DNA of 61,357 nucleotides, the filler included. It is 4 parts of 4 records of this genome, joined end to end, with 100 filler letters (N's around TTAATTAATTAA, not from the genome) between each part and the next. Parts side by side here need not be neighbours in the genome. Positions count along the whole stretch, not along the records: positions 24,118 to 50,714 come from SRR22947725_1572; 3 more parts are not named here. One strand, 5' to 3'. Positions 25,970 through 36,130 of the stretch are shown piece by piece; the stretch's first letter is position 1; each line of letters begins with the position of its first letter. The translations under genes and the position numbers were made by a program. Below the pieces are notes generated by a model that searched no databases, had not been told where the DNA came from, and saw only the letters and a list, made by a program, of their open reading frames with translations.

Positions 25970-26891
25970 TTTTAATATTTAGAATGATTTCATCGATACT
26001 TAAATCAGAGGAAAAACCACTTGCAGCTTTATGTCCGCCTCCATCAAAGAATGAAGCTAATTGTTGCACATTAAAATCTGTTCTAGATCTTAAACTTCCT
26101 TTAAACGAACCATCGGTTTGTTCTTTTAACAGAAGCGCAATATCTGATTCTTTAGCAAGTCGGACAACATCAATTAGAAAATCAGTTTCTGCAGGTGTGG
26201 TTTTAAATTCTGAATAATCCTCTTGATACACAACAGAATGTAGGAATCGTAATTCTCTGTCCAGTTCGATTCGTTCAATTACCTTACTTTGTAGTTTTAG
26301 TGCATCTAATTCTATAGAGCCATAAATATTCTCACTGATAGAACTTAAATTTGACCCTTTACTCATTAAATCTGCTGCAATAGAAAATACTTCAGAATTT
26401 GTGTTTGAATACTGGAATCTACCTGTGTCTGTAATCAGACCAGTCATAAGGCAATCTGCAATTTCCTGCGTAATAGAGAGATCTTCTTCTATAAGAATTC
26501 TATATAGGACTTGTGTGGTGCTTGCAGCTTTTGGATCAATTATCTGAAGATCTCCAAATGTAGGATCAATATGATGATCTACAACAACAATTTTTTCTGA
26601 GTTGAGAACTAGTGATTCTAATTTGCCCAATCTTGAGGAGCTACCGCAGTCAAATACATACGTTGTTTTATACACATCTTTATCTGGTGTTGATATCAGA
26701 TTAAAAGGTAAATGGTTTAAATTACTTGGAAGTTCTCCAGTTACATCAAAGGCTACTGTTGATTCAATATTTAAAGAATCTAAAAGAAGTTTCAACGCAA
26801 GTGCGGAACCAACTGCATCCCCATCAGGATTAATATGTCCAGTAATAAGAATAGGTGTTCCATTAAAGGTTTCTTTAAAATTATTTTTCAT
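25947..26891 (-). CDS. nrnA: DHH/DHHA1 phosphoesterase (NrnA-like)
   Basis: HINPDGDA, VDHH, TDTGRF, GGGHKAASG; located between rbfA and truB. Confidence 0.9.
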   Translation of the reverse strand: MKNNFKETFNGTPILITGHINPDGDAVGSALALKLLLDSLNIESTVAFDVTGELPSNLNHLPFNLISTPDKDVYKTTYVFDCGSSSRLGKLESLVLNSEKIVVVDHHIDPTFGDLQIIDPKAASTTQVLYRILIEEDLSITQEIADCLMTGLITDTGRFQYSNTNSEVFSIAADLMSKGSNLSSISENIYGSIELDALKLQSKVIERIELDRELRFLHSVVYQEDYSEFKTTPAETDFLIDVVRLAKESDIALLLKEQTDGSFKGSLRSRTDFNVQQLASFFDGGGHKAASGFSSDLSIDEIILNIKNEIRKQI

Positions 26892-27231
26892 TAACTTTGT
26901 ATATTAATTCATTTAATTTATCTGCATTTTCAAAAGTAAAATCAATTTCAAATTGTATTTTTGGTATAAATTTTGTAGTTAATTGGCTGCCTAATTCTTT
27001 TTGTATCTTTCCTCTATTTTTATCTAATGCTTTTGATAAGGTTCCTTTTGCATTCTCTAAAGAAGAAACATAAATTGTACATCTTTTTAAATCAGGCGAT
27101 GTGGAAACATGTGTAACGGTTGCTTTATTTAAATTAGGATCTGAGCTTCGTAATAGTTCCTGAGAAATAATTTGATGAATCTGTGGATTAATCCTGTTAA
27201 TTCTTCCACCTCTAGTTTGTTTTTTCATCAT
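26881..27231 (-). CDS. rbfA: Ribosome-binding factor A
   Basis: TVTHVSTSPDL and KFIPKIQF; follows infB. Confidence 0.92.
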   Translation of the reverse strand: MMKKQTRGGRINRINPQIHQIISQELLRSSDPNLNKATVTHVSTSPDLKRCTIYVSSLENAKGTLSKALDKNRGKIQKELGSQLTTKFIPKIQFEIDFTFENADKLNELIYKVNEK

Positions 27232-27233
27232 TA

Positions 27234-29285
27234 TTATTTTATTTCAACTTCACCAAGGATTTCAATTACATCGCCTTCTTTAATGTCTTTATAGTCTGTT
27301 AATCCAATACCGCACTCAAGACCTTCTAACACGGATTCAACATTGTCTTTAAATCTTCTTAATGACGTTACTGTTCCTTCATATATCACAACACCATCTC
27401 GTAACAACCTTGCTTTGCTATTTAACTCGACTCGTCCCTCGGTAACAATAGAACCTGCCACAACACCGACTTTTGGAGCTCTAAAAGTTGTTCTGACATC
27501 TACCATACCAATCACGGCTTCCTCTGTCTTAATAGTCATCTCACCTTGTAATGCTTCAGTGATATCGTCTAATAATTCATAAATAATCTGATATGTTCTA
27601 ACATCTATACCCTTGCTTTGAGCCATATTTCTAGCCTGGCTATCAGGCCTGACATTAAAGCCAAGTATTAACGAACTGGTTGCGCCTGCAAGATCTACAT
27701 CTGAAAGGACGATACCGCCAACTGCAGAGTGAACAATTTGTATTTGCACTTCGTCTGAAGATAGTTTTAATAATCCATCTTTAATTGCCTCAACTGAACC
27801 GTTTGTATCAGCTTTTAAGATAATGTTTATTGTATTTAACTCCCCTTCTTGGAGTAGTTGCATCATTTCTGACACTCGTGATTGAACTGTATAAGCTGAG
27901 CTGTCAAAATCTTTTAATAATGTTTTATTTTCTTCAGCTTTTGCTTTTGCTTCTTTTTGATTTTTAACTGCAACAAACTGATCACCTGAATTTGGTGACT
28001 CATCCCAGCCGATAATGTCTACAGGAGATCCAGGAATTACATTTTTTAGAGTTTTATTTGTATGGTCGAACATTGATTTAACTCTACAAAATGCTCCTCC
28101 AGCATAAAGAAAATCACCTTGTTTTAATGTTCCTCTTGTTACTACAACTGTTGCAACATTACCTCTGCCAACTTCCATTCGTGATTCAATGATATAACCA
28201 GAGGCGTTCGTATTAGGATTAGCCTTTAATTCTTCGATTTCTGCTACTAAAGATAATGTTTCTAATAAATCATCAACTCCATCACCCTTTAAGGCAGATA
28301 CTTCTACTACAGGTGTATCCCCACCAAGATCTTCTGCAATAATCTCATACTTTGTTAAATCAGCTTTTACTAACGAAGGATTTGCGTCGGGTAGGTCACA
28401 TTTATTAACTGCTACAACTATTGGTACACCAGCGGCTTTAGAATGATTAATCGCCTCAATTGTTTGTGGCATGATACCGTCATCTGCAGCAACAACAAGA
28501 ACAACTATGTCGGTTACATTAGCTCCTCTGGCTCTCATTTGAGTAAAAGCTTCGTGACCAGGTGTGTCAATGAATGTTATTCCAAGATCACCTGATTCGA
28601 CTTTATATGCACCAACATGTTGGGTTATCCCACCAGCTTCACCATCAGCAACTTTTTCATTTCTTATATAATCTAACAAACTTGTTTTTCCATGATCAAC
28701 ATGGCCCATAACTGTAATAATGGGTGCTCGAACAGTTAAGTTTTCTTCTTCGTCGGCAAATTCTTCAATATCTAATATCTCTGAACGTTTAATTTCGACT
28801 TTTTCAACCATCTCGGCCATTAAGTCATATTTTTCTAGCAAAGACTCTACTTCGCTGTCTTTTAATTCGGAAGTCATTGATTGCATAATTCCTAAAGACA
28901 TGAGGTCTCCAACAATCTGGGTAGCTTCAATATTAATTATTGAAGAGAGTTCTTCCGGAGTTGAGCCTGATGGAACCTCTACTATTTGGATATCTACATT
29001 GTTTTCAGTACTTGGTTTAACAGCTTTATCTTCTGATTCCTCTATTTTTTCTGTTTTAGAATCTTCTTCTTCAACTACCTGTTTAGTCTCTACTACGTCA
29101 GGCTGAGCATCTTCTTGAGTTGAATTTTTTTCATTGAAAGCTAATAGAACTAATTCCTCTTCTTCTGGTGTTAAACCAGATGAAGCTGTTTTGACTTTAA
29201 TACCTAATTCATTAGCTAGGAACACAATGTCAGCTGATGCGACATCGAGCTCTTTAGCAATTTGATGAATACGCTTTTTAGCCAT
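27234..29285 (-). CDS. infB: Translation initiation factor IF-2
   Basis: MGHVDHGKTSLLD, GGITQH, DTPGHEAF, SLRRFKD, GLECG. Confidence 0.98.
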   Translation of the reverse strand: MAKKRIHQIAKELDVASADIVFLANELGIKVKTASSGLTPEEEELVLLAFNEKNSTQEDAQPDVVETKQVVEEEDSKTEKIEESEDKAVKPSTENNVDIQIVEVPSGSTPEELSSIINIEATQIVGDLMSLGIMQSMTSELKDSEVESLLEKYDLMAEMVEKVEIKRSEILDIEEFADEEENLTVRAPIITVMGHVDHGKTSLLDYIRNEKVADGEAGGITQHVGAYKVESGDLGITFIDTPGHEAFTQMRARGANVTDIVVLVVAADDGIMPQTIEAINHSKAAGVPIVVAVNKCDLPDANPSLVKADLTKYEIIAEDLGGDTPVVEVSALKGDGVDDLLETLSLVAEIEELKANPNTNASGYIIESRMEVGRGNVATVVVTRGTLKQGDFLYAGGAFCRVKSMFDHTNKTLKNVIPGSPVDIIGWDESPNSGDQFVAVKNQKEAKAKAEENKTLLKDFDSSAYTVQSRVSEMMQLLQEGELNTINIILKADTNGSVEAIKDGLLKLSSDEVQIQIVHSAVGGIVLSDVDLAGATSSLILGFNVRPDSQARNMAQSKGIDVRTYQIIYELLDDITEALQGEMTIKTEEAVIGMVDVRTTFRAPKVGVVAGSIVTEGRVELNSKARLLRDGVVIYEGTVTSLRRFKDNVESVLEGLECGIGLTDYKDIKEGDVIEILGEVEIK

Positions 29286-30313
29286 TACTCTTCCTCTTGG
29301 GTTGGTTCTTCCTGTATCTCTTCTACAACTGGTGAATCTCCAAGACCTTGTATGTCAATCTTGTAACCTGTCAACTTGGCAGCTAAACGAGCATTTTGTC
29401 CCTCTTTACCTATTGCAAGTGATAGCTGATTGTCCTTTACGGTAACCTTTGCACTTTTTGTGTGTTCATCAATATCAACCATCTCTATGTCTGCTGGTCC
29501 TAAAGCTTCAATGATAAATCTGACTTTATCTTCTCTCCACTCAACAACATCTAGTTTTTCACCTTTAAGTTCGTTTACAATTTGTCTTACTCTTGATCCA
29601 CGTGAACCTACACATGCTCCTTTGGGGTCAACATTAGGATCATTTGAAAATACTGCTATTTTTGTCCTACTTCCAGCTTCTCGAGCAATTGCACGGAGTT
29701 CAACTGTTCCGTCATTTAATTCAGGTACCTCTAACTCCAACATTTTTTGAATAAACTCTGGTCGATTTCTACTAATGATAATTGGTATGCCTTTGGCGTC
29801 TTCTCTTACTTCTGTAATAAGTGCCTTGATGCGGTTACCTCTTTCTAACCTTTCGAATGGTATTCTTTCGCTAGAAGGTATTACAGCTTCGGCATCTTGA
29901 AGGTCAATGATTGTCTGATTGAAACGTGAATCAAACTGTGTCACTATCCCTGTTATTAGTTCACCCTCTCTACCTATGTATGCATCAAGTACAGTCGCCC
30001 TTTTTGCATCTCTAACTTTTGTTGTCATCATTTGTTTAAATGATTGTGCTGCAATTCGACCAAAATCGGAATCATTAATGTCAGCTTCCCACTCTTTAAG
30101 AACGTTTCCGTCGTTATCAAGCTCTTGTGCGTATACGGTAACTTCACCACTATCAGGGTCTAAAGTTACTCTGGCTTCTTCTGCAGCTCCATCTATACGC
30201 ATATATGCGGACCTAAAAGCTGAAACCAAAGCTTCATACATGCTGTCAACAGTAACGCCTTTATCTAGCGCTAATGATTCAATAGCTTGTTTTATATCTC
30301 CACCTAATTTCAT
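29285..30313 (-). CDS. nusA: Transcription factor NusA
   Basis: FGRIAAQ, AREAGSRTKIAV, GACVG, LAIGKEGQNARLAAKLTG. Confidence 0.98.
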   Translation of the reverse strand: MKLGGDIKQAIESLALDKGVTVDSMYEALVSAFRSAYMRIDGAAEEARVTLDPDSGEVTVYAQELDNDGNVLKEWEADINDSDFGRIAAQSFKQMMTTKVRDAKRATVLDAYIGREGELITGIVTQFDSRFNQTIIDLQDAEAVIPSSERIPFERLERGNRIKALITEVREDAKGIPIIISRNRPEFIQKMLELEVPELNDGTVELRAIAREAGSRTKIAVFSNDPNVDPKGACVGSRGSRVRQIVNELKGEKLDVVEWREDKVRFIIEALGPADIEMVDIDEHTKSAKVTVKDNQLSLAIGKEGQNARLAAKLTGYKIDIQGLGDSPVVEEIQEEPTQEEE

Positions 30314-30325
30314 AATCTACCTCTG

Positions 30326-30799
30326 TTATTTAACTTTCTGTTTAAATTTGTTGTAATTTACTCTTGCTTTTTTAATATTTTCTAAATCTATTGATAATTG
30401 CTCATTTTCTAACTGAAGAGTTATGATTTCTGAGTTTGATTCGATTAGCTCTCCCTCATACGTATATATATCTTTTATTGGAGAATAAAGTTTAAGTTTA
30501 ATTGCTTCACCTATTGCTAACTCAAAATGTCTTTCAGTTTTTAATGATCTTTCTATTCCAGGTGTAGATATAACTAATTCATAATCACCTTTAAATAAGT
30601 TAAATTCTTCTAAATGACGTTGTAATTGATAGTTCAACCTTTCAATAATGGAGTAGTTCATATCATCTTCAGAAAAAATGAATATCTCAACTTTATCTAT
30701 TGATGGAAAATTAACAATATTTATATCGTACAACTCGAGGTTTTCTTCATTAAGAAATGCCATTACAGAATCTTTGATGTCGACTTCAGTGTACTCCAT
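30326..30799 (-). CDS. rimP: Ribosome maturation factor RimP (start reassigned to ATG 30799)
   Basis: YELVISTPGIERSL; GGAGG Shine-Dalgarno just before MEYTEV. Confidence 0.93.
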   Translation of the reverse strand: MEYTEVDIKDSVMAFLNEENLELYDINIVNFPSIDKVEIFIFSEDDMNYSIIERLNYQLQRHLEEFNLFKGDYELVISTPGIERSLKTERHFELAIGEAIKLKLYSPIKDIYTYEGELIESNSEIITLQLENEQLSIDLENIKKARVNYNKFKQKVK

Positions 30800-30814
30800 C
30801 TTTCCTCCGTTCAT

Positions 30815-30840
30815 AAAAAAAGTGGGCCGTGACACCCACC
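30815..30840 (-). terminator. rimP leader attenuator-like intrinsic terminator
   Basis: Minus strand GTGGG-TGTCACGG-CCCAC followed by TTTTTTT, between the promoter and the rimP SD; GGG...CCC leader terminators are known upstream of rimP-nusA. Confidence 0.8.
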
Positions 30841-30865
30841 AAATATAGCTAAATTGTCTAATGCT

Positions 30866-30874
30866 ATTTTAACA
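30866..30874 (-). promoter_or_regulatory. Extended -10 promoter for rimP-nusA-infB
   Basis: TGT-TAAAAT on the minus strand upstream of the leader hairpin. Confidence 0.6.
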
Positions 30875-30901
30875 AATTACAGAATAAAGAGAAAGAAGTT
30901 T

Positions 30902-32329
30902 TTAATATGATTTAGAGAAAATTACAAATTTTCCTGGTTGATCAGCTTTATTAACAGACTGTTTTTCATCAGTATTTTCAATTGGGTAACATCGTATTGT
31001 TGCCTTAGTAAGTTCTTTTATCTTTAACTCATCTTCTTTATCTTCAACCCAATAACATGATACAAATCCATCATTTTCTGTAAGTTGCTGTATTAAGCTG
31101 TCCATGTCATCTACATGGTGAGTGTTTTCTGAAAGAAAAAGTTCACTTGATTTCAACATATCATTTTGTACTGTATCCAGTAACTCTGGTATTTCTGTGG
31201 CTAAATTCTCGATTAAGACTTCAGATTTAGAATCATCAACATCTCGTCTTGCAACAACTACAGAACCTTTCTCAATGTCTTTAGGTCCTATTTCAATTCG
31301 TACAGGAACACCTTTTAGTTCCCATTCGTTAAATTTAAAACCTGGAGAAAATTCTGACCTATCATCCAACTCTACCCTAACTCCCTGAAGAGAATCTTTA
31401 ATCTCAGTTGATGCTTTAAGGATTTCATCAGGATTGCTGTTTTTTGGAATTATAGGTATCACTACTACTTGGATTGGTGCTAAAGCTGGAGGTAGTTTAA
31501 GGCCTTTATCATCACCGTGAGCCATAATTATCATACCAATTAAGCGTGTACTTACACCCCAGCTTGTCTGATAGGGATGTTGTAACTCATTATTTTCATC
31601 AGAAAATTGAATCTCGAAAGCTTTAGAAAAGTTTTGTCCTAACTCATGAGAAGTTCCAGCCTGTAAAGCTTTCTTGTCTAACATCATAGCCTCAATAGAG
31701 TATGTAACTTTTGCACCTGCGAATTTCTCTATTTCAGATTTGGTGCCCTTAATCACTTTTACAGCTGCTAAGTTTTGTGTAAATTCTTCATAAATATCCA
31801 ACATCTGTAACGCTTCTTTTGTAGCTTCCTCTTTTGTTTGGTGAGCAGTATGTCCTTCTTGCCATAAAAACTCTGAAGTTCTCAAAAATAAACGGGTTCT
31901 CATTTCCCATCTAACTACATTTGCCCACTGGTTAATTAACATTGGTAGATCTCTATGGCTCTTTATCCATTTAGAGAACATATGATTAATTATTGTTTCT
32001 GATGTAGGTCTTACAATTAAAGGCTCTTCAAGTTCTTTTCCACCAGCATGAGTAACTGTTGCTAACTCAGGTGAAAACCCTTCCACATGTTCGGCCTCTT
32101 TTTGAATAAATGATTTAGGTATGAAAAGAGGAAAATATGCGTTTTGATGACCTGTGTCTTTAAACCTTTGATCAAGATAGGATTGTATGTGTTCCCAGAG
32201 AGCATATCCATAAGGCCTAATTACCATAGTTCCTTTAACCGGTGAATAATCAGCTAATTGTGCTTCTTGAATAATGTCGGTATACCATTGATTAAAATCT
32301 TCTGACATTGGAGTAAGCTTTTTTACCAT
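30902..32329 (-). CDS. proS: Prolyl-tRNA synthetase, archaeal/eukaryote-like type
   Basis: RPTSET, QWANVVRWE, FLWQEGHT, QAGTSH, SWGVSTR, C-terminal Tyr; no editing insertion. Confidence 0.97.
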   Translation of the reverse strand: MVKKLTPMSEDFNQWYTDIIQEAQLADYSPVKGTMVIRPYGYALWEHIQSYLDQRFKDTGHQNAYFPLFIPKSFIQKEAEHVEGFSPELATVTHAGGKELEEPLIVRPTSETIINHMFSKWIKSHRDLPMLINQWANVVRWEMRTRLFLRTSEFLWQEGHTAHQTKEEATKEALQMLDIYEEFTQNLAAVKVIKGTKSEIEKFAGAKVTYSIEAMMLDKKALQAGTSHELGQNFSKAFEIQFSDENNELQHPYQTSWGVSTRLIGMIIMAHGDDKGLKLPPALAPIQVVVIPIIPKNSNPDEILKASTEIKDSLQGVRVELDDRSEFSPGFKFNEWELKGVPVRIEIGPKDIEKGSVVVARRDVDDSKSEVLIENLATEIPELLDTVQNDMLKSSELFLSENTHHVDDMDSLIQQLTENDGFVSCYWVEDKEDELKIKELTKATIRCYPIENTDEKQSVNKADQPGKFVIFSKSY

Positions 32330-32335
32330 GGTTAT

Positions 32336-32341
32336 ATCTTA
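32336..32341 (-). promoter_or_regulatory. -10 element of a probable leaderless proS transcript
   Basis: TAAGAT-N6-ATG with no Shine-Dalgarno. Confidence 0.55.
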
Positions 32342-32347
32342 AATGTT

Positions 32348-33571
32348 TTATTTCTCTTTATCTTGTTTTGAGGTAATCTCGACAACGGACTTCGTTCTCT
32401 CTTCAAAATTATTAATGTCCCCTTGGATACCCATTAATTCCTCTGCATCTTTTTGAGCTATTAAAGCAGCATCTTTGTCTGCTGCAGCTAATCTTGCCTC
32501 TATACCTTCTTTCGCTAGAAGCTTTCCTTCTTCAACAAGCGCAGAAACCATGTCTTTTTCGTCTACAACTTTTACAACTTCACCTTTGATAAAAAGATGT
32601 CCCCTTTTCTTGCCTGCGGCAATACCTATATCTGCAGAACGTGCTTCACCAGGCCCATTTACAACACATCCCATAACAGCCACCTGTATCGGTAATCCCT
32701 CTTTCTCTAGGGCTTCTTGAGCTTCTGAAGCAACAGCTATAACGTCAACTTCAGCTCTACCACAACTTGGGCATGCGATTAAATCTAGCGATTTTCGTTC
32801 TCTTAATCCTAAATATTCTAAAAGTTGTCTTCCATGTTTAGCTTCCTCAATTGGATCTGTAGTTAAAGACATTCTTATTGTGTCTCCAATTCCCTCAGAA
32901 AGTAATGTAGAAATTCCTGCAGTTGATTTGATTAAACCACCTGGTAGTGGCCCTGCTTCGGTAACTCCAAGGTGGAGGGGGTATTCAACTTTTTCAGCCA
33001 GTAACCGATAAGAATCAATCATCAAAGGAACATTGGAGTGTTTGACAGAGATTTTTATATCGTAGAAATCAACTTCCTCTAGGTACCTTACTTCATTAAG
33101 GGCAGATTCTACTAATGCTTCAGGCGTGGCCTCACCATATTTTTCTAATAGGTCCTTATCTAATGATCCAGCATTAACTCCAATTCTTATTGGAATGCCA
33201 ACATTCAAGCATTCTTTTGCTACTTGTTTGATTTGATCTTCGTTACGTATATTACCGGGATTAAGTCGAAGGCCTTGTACTCCAGCTTCAATTGCAGCAA
33301 GCGCTAGCTTATATTGAAAATGTATATCAGCAATGATAGGTACTGGACTACGAGTGCAAATTTTAACAAGTGATTCAGCAGCTTCTATCTCATTACATGT
33401 CACTCGAACTATATCAGCACCATTCGAGGCAAGTGCATATATTTGCTCTAGAGTACCATCTGTGTCCCTTGTCTTGGTGGTTGTCATAGATTGTACTGAA
33501 ACTGGATACTCGGAACCTACCCCAACCTTTCCGACCATTAACTGTTTGGTTGTACGTCTCGTGTTTGTCAT
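32348..33571 (-). CDS. ispG: HMBPP synthase IspG
   Basis: VSVQSMTTT, IADIHF, RLNPGNI, HLGVTEAG, CPSCGR, MGCVVNGPGE. Confidence 0.98.
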   Translation of the reverse strand: MTNTRRTTKQLMVGKVGVGSEYPVSVQSMTTTKTRDTDGTLEQIYALASNGADIVRVTCNEIEAAESLVKICTRSPVPIIADIHFQYKLALAAIEAGVQGLRLNPGNIRNEDQIKQVAKECLNVGIPIRIGVNAGSLDKDLLEKYGEATPEALVESALNEVRYLEEVDFYDIKISVKHSNVPLMIDSYRLLAEKVEYPLHLGVTEAGPLPGGLIKSTAGISTLLSEGIGDTIRMSLTTDPIEEAKHGRQLLEYLGLRERKSLDLIACPSCGRAEVDVIAVASEAQEALEKEGLPIQVAVMGCVVNGPGEARSADIGIAAGKKRGHLFIKGEVVKVVDEKDMVSALVEEGKLLAKEGIEARLAAADKDAALIAQKDAEELMGIQGDINNFEERTKSVVEITSKQDKEK

Positions 33572-34668
33572 AATCTAATTGGTTGTGTTATATCTAAATA
33601 GAATGCTGTTATTCCTAGAAATATAAAGACTCCGACGACCACGGCTGCGATTGGATATAGTTTTTTATCCGATATTTTTCTTCCAGTAACGCCCTCTATC
33701 AAAGCAAGCACTACCCTTCCTCCATCAAGTGGGATAAAGGGAAGAGCATTGAAGACAGCAAGGAAAATATTTACAAAGGCAAGCAGGCTAAACAAGTTAA
33801 CATAGCTGTCCGCTGCAATCTGATTACCAGCTTGTGCTAAGCCAATTGGGCTAAGTGGTCTTACCTCATCGGGGACTTCTTGTCCTGTGTACGTTCCTAA
33901 AAGAGTTCTAATATTATCAGGACTAAATAAAGTAATTATGCCATCAACTGCTGCAACTGTCATTTGTGCTTCTAGTATGGTGGTGCTCTTGACAGAAGAT
34001 ATTATGCCTAATTTTTCATTTACAATTTTTGGAGTAACACCGAGATAGCCAACATTATCACCATTTAAGGTTCTTGACTCCAAAACAGTATCGGATTGGA
34101 TTAATTGATTATTTCTAATATACGAAATACCAACCCTTGTGTCAGGATTATTTTCAATAATAGAAACTAATTCATTCCAGGTTTCAACTTCTGTATTGGC
34201 AAATTTAACTATTTCATCACCTGGCATTAACCCAGCATTCATAGATGGCGATCTGTTGTTTCCTTGAACAGACTCCCCTACACTCGCAATTTCAAGTGTT
34301 GGAGTATTAACACCATTAGTTGAAAGTATTACAAATAGTATTAACCAAGCTGTTAAAAAATTAACGAGTATGCCAGATATAGCTATATAAAATTTGGTAG
34401 TCCATTTTGCATTATGAAAAACCTCTGATTCTTCATACCCAGTTGTATCTTCTGCTTCATCCATTCCTGGGATTTTTACATATCCACCCAAGGGAATAGC
34501 TTTAAGTCCATACTCTGTATTGTTTCTTTTAAATGAAAATATTTTAGGACCAAAACCTACAAAAAACTCGGATACTGCAATTTTGGATCTTCTCGCAGAT
34601 ATATAGTGACCAAATTCATGTAAAACGACAAATACAGTAAGAAATACAATTGTTAAAAAACCATTCAT
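33568..34668 (-). CDS. rseP: Site-2 (M50B) intramembrane metalloprotease with PDZ domain
   Basis: HEFGH, GFGP, PLGGYV, NALPFIPLDGG. Confidence 0.93.
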   Translation of the reverse strand: MNGFLTIVFLTVFVVLHEFGHYISARRSKIAVSEFFVGFGPKIFSFKRNNTEYGLKAIPLGGYVKIPGMDEAEDTTGYEESEVFHNAKWTTKFYIAISGILVNFLTAWLILFVILSTNGVNTPTLEIASVGESVQGNNRSPSMNAGLMPGDEIVKFANTEVETWNELVSIIENNPDTRVGISYIRNNQLIQSDTVLESRTLNGDNVGYLGVTPKIVNEKLGIISSVKSTTILEAQMTVAAVDGIITLFSPDNIRTLLGTYTGQEVPDEVRPLSPIGLAQAGNQIAADSYVNLFSLLAFVNIFLAVFNALPFIPLDGGRVVLALIEGVTGRKISDKKLYPIAAVVVGVFIFLGITAFYLDITQPIRL

Positions 34669-34684
34669 ACTTTTATTATCTCAC

Positions 34685-35623
34685 TTACGGGTTTAAATAA
34701 GAAAACAGAGAAAACAATAACAAGACTGGAAATGACAATAAATAAGAATCAACTCTGTCTAACAAACCTCCGTGACCTGGAAGAAGTGAACTGGAATCTT
34801 TAACACTTAAGGTACGTTTAATTTTAGATACGAATAAATCACCAAGTACACCAAAGCAAACAAAAATAAAAGATAGAACAAGTGATATTAGGATTCCAGT
34901 ATCTGAATTAAAATAGAGATTTAAGAACATTGCAATAGTCCCAATAGTAAGGCCTGCTATTAATCCCTCTACAGTTTTATTAGGAGAAATGTTTTCAATC
35001 AATTTTCTCTTTCCGTATCGCCTACCAGCTTCATATGCAAGAGTATCGGACAAAGATATAGAAATGATTGCTAGGTATGTAAACAATAGTGAATAATTTT
35101 TTAATACAAATACGACCGATGTGATACCTAAGCTAAACCAAATATGGAAAATAAAAAGGCTTCCAAATTTTTCATATATACCATAAGAGATGAACGAACC
35201 TGTATACATTATAAGACCAATTGGCAACATGAAAAATGAGACATAAATAAGTGATAAATCGTAATAATACACAATGAACATCGGCGTAAGTGCAGAATAT
35301 AGCAAGAAGGGATATGGTATAACAAAACCGTAGTCAAACATATCAAACCACTCTTTCGAAGCAATAAATACTGCAAACACAAGAAGTAAAAAAGCAGAGT
35401 TTTTATTTGTGAAAAATACTGATATGAGAACTAAGAGTCCAGCAGCGGTAAACACTCTGGGATTAGAGGTGAAAAAATTATCTCCTTGTTGTTTTTCAGG
35501 TTCAGAAGTTTCGTCAACTGGAAGTTCAATTACTCCAGGCCAAAAAGTCCCATCGCCATCGGATGAAAAATTAAATCTAAACTTCGAGAAGTTCATTTTG
35601 TTTAACTGAAAGAAGTTCATCAA
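34685..35623 (-). CDS. cdsA: Phosphatidate cytidylyltransferase; start may be the Met at 35596
   Basis: ISPNKTVEG, KDSSSLLPGHGGLLDRVDS. Confidence 0.95.
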   Translation of the reverse strand: MMNFFQLNKMNFSKFRFNFSSDGDGTFWPGVIELPVDETSEPEKQQGDNFFTSNPRVFTAAGLLVLISVFFTNKNSAFLLLVFAVFIASKEWFDMFDYGFVIPYPFLLYSALTPMFIVYYYDLSLIYVSFFMLPIGLIMYTGSFISYGIYEKFGSLFIFHIWFSLGITSVVFVLKNYSLLFTYLAIISISLSDTLAYEAGRRYGKRKLIENISPNKTVEGLIAGLTIGTIAMFLNLYFNSDTGILISLVLSFIFVCFGVLGDLFVSKIKRTLSVKDSSSLLPGHGGLLDRVDSYLLSFPVLLLFSLFSYLNP

Positions 35624-36128
35624 CTTTTTTTACATACTTGTCAGTTAGTTCTTGAATTTGGGATTCAAATCGTTTTACTTCATCTGCAGAAATATCATCT
35701 TTGGTTTTTTCTAGATCATCAATGCCGTTTCTTCTATGTGATCTTATAGAGATTTTTGAATCTTCTGTAAATTTAGAAGCTACTTTGCTGAGCTCTTGTC
35801 TTCTTTCTTCAGATAATGATGGTATAGGAATCCTAATTACGTCCCCATCTGTTGCGGGGTTAAGACCTATGTCTGCATTTTGAATTGCTTTTTCTATATC
35901 TTCAAATGATCCCTTATCAAAGGGTTGAATTAAAAGTAATTTTGGGTCAGGTACGCTTATTGACGCGAGTTGCTGAAGCGGTGTTTTTGTGCCATAGTAG
36001 TCTACTTGTATATTTGAAACTAAAGACGGGTTAGCTCTCCCTGTTCTTATTTTTGTAAATTCCTCAACAAGATGACTTACTGAAGTTTTCATATTGTTCT
36101 CTACGTTTGTAATTATTTCTTGGCTCAT
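35577..36128 (-). CDS. frr: Ribosome recycling factor
   Basis: IRTGRANP, VDYYG, PSLSEERR. Confidence 0.98.
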   Translation of the reverse strand: MSQEIITNVENNMKTSVSHLVEEFTKIRTGRANPSLVSNIQVDYYGTKTPLQQLASISVPDPKLLLIQPFDKGSFEDIEKAIQNADIGLNPATDGDVIRIPIPSLSEERRQELSKVASKFTEDSKISIRSHRRNGIDDLEKTKDDISADEVKRFESQIQELTDKYVKKVDELLSVKQNELLEV

Positions 36129-36130
36129 AA

